DNA of 64,000 bases, from contig CAVOKF010000004.1 in the NCBI GenBank assembly GCA_963696385.1, forward strand, positions 832,001-896,000, given 5' to 3'. A program made the position numbers and the translations under genes. Below are positions 63,764 through 64,000 of this stretch, in pieces (position 1 is the stretch's first letter; each line of letters starts with the position of its first letter). The notes below the pieces were generated by a model. That model made no database searches. It saw nothing but the letters and a program-made list of their open reading frames with translations, and had not been told where the DNA came from. The DNA is from an uncultured delta proteobacterium. Lineage in GTDB: Bacteria > Myxococcota_A > Polyangia > Polyangiales > Polyangiaceae.

Positions 63764-64000
63764 CGCGCATTGTCCGGTGACGGCAGCGCGGCGGCAACAC
63801 CGATCGCGTTCGCTCGCGGGCCAAGCAGTCTCGGCAACAAAAAGCCCTGGCTTTGCGCAGAGTCAACCGAACCAATCACGGCGTGCGGGCGCACCGAAAG
63901 CCCTTGTAGATGTCAAAGTTGTCCGCTGGGGCGGCTTGCGGCGCGAGCGGGACGCAGGGACTAAGGTATTCGCAACCGCGGACCGCTCGATTGTTGGACA

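Noticed and set aside
63825..63970. GCGCAAAGCC and GGGACGCA fragments resembling a c-di-GMP-I riboswitch upstream of the che operon
   Set aside because: The pieces are on opposite strands, and the GGCAAAC/GNRA stem architecture is missing.

Overview
GC-rich bacterial DNA, most consistent with a myxobacterium (Myxococcota, Polyangiaceae-like). This inference rests on a MYXO-CTERM-type sorting tail, many Cys-rich or Ser/Gly-stalked lipoproteins and a Wsp/Frz-like chemosensory operon. I saw no rRNA, tRNA or CRISPR array. Layout: (1) 1-10.5 kb: Hsp20, a frameshifted ATP-grasp-like gene, DJ-1/PfpI, ArgD-like aminotransferase, methyltransferase, SDR/LysR pair, SGNH hydrolase and YjbQ. (2) 10.7-22.8 kb: stalked lipoproteins, including two CAP proteins, GH54, GH26, CE12 and a G1-peptidase-like protein. 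(3) 23-36.8 kb: gnd, then a sigma54-type RND/TolC/two-component module with a shared upstream motif and a knottin-like micro-lipoprotein. (4) 37-46.3 kb: a second RND pump, OsmC, an ArsR-aquaporin pair, several gene remnants, an ECF-zinc-finger fusion, an IS66 remnant and a HigBA-like pair. (5) 47.2-48.5 kb: the most unusual gene, an ECF sigma factor fused to a complete, pocket-remodelled PheRS-alpha-like class II aminoacyl-tRNA synthetase domain. (6) 48.7-63.8 kb: REC-EAL, a ppk2/Uma2 segment bounded by a 117-bp duplicated gene end, and a cheW-cheR-cheW-mcp-cheA-cheB-kinase-RR-kinase operon. Six genes are broken by small indels, three at the identical 8-mer CGATTCTG, which suggests systematic sequencing error. 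All family calls come from motif recognition by eye; no searches were run.
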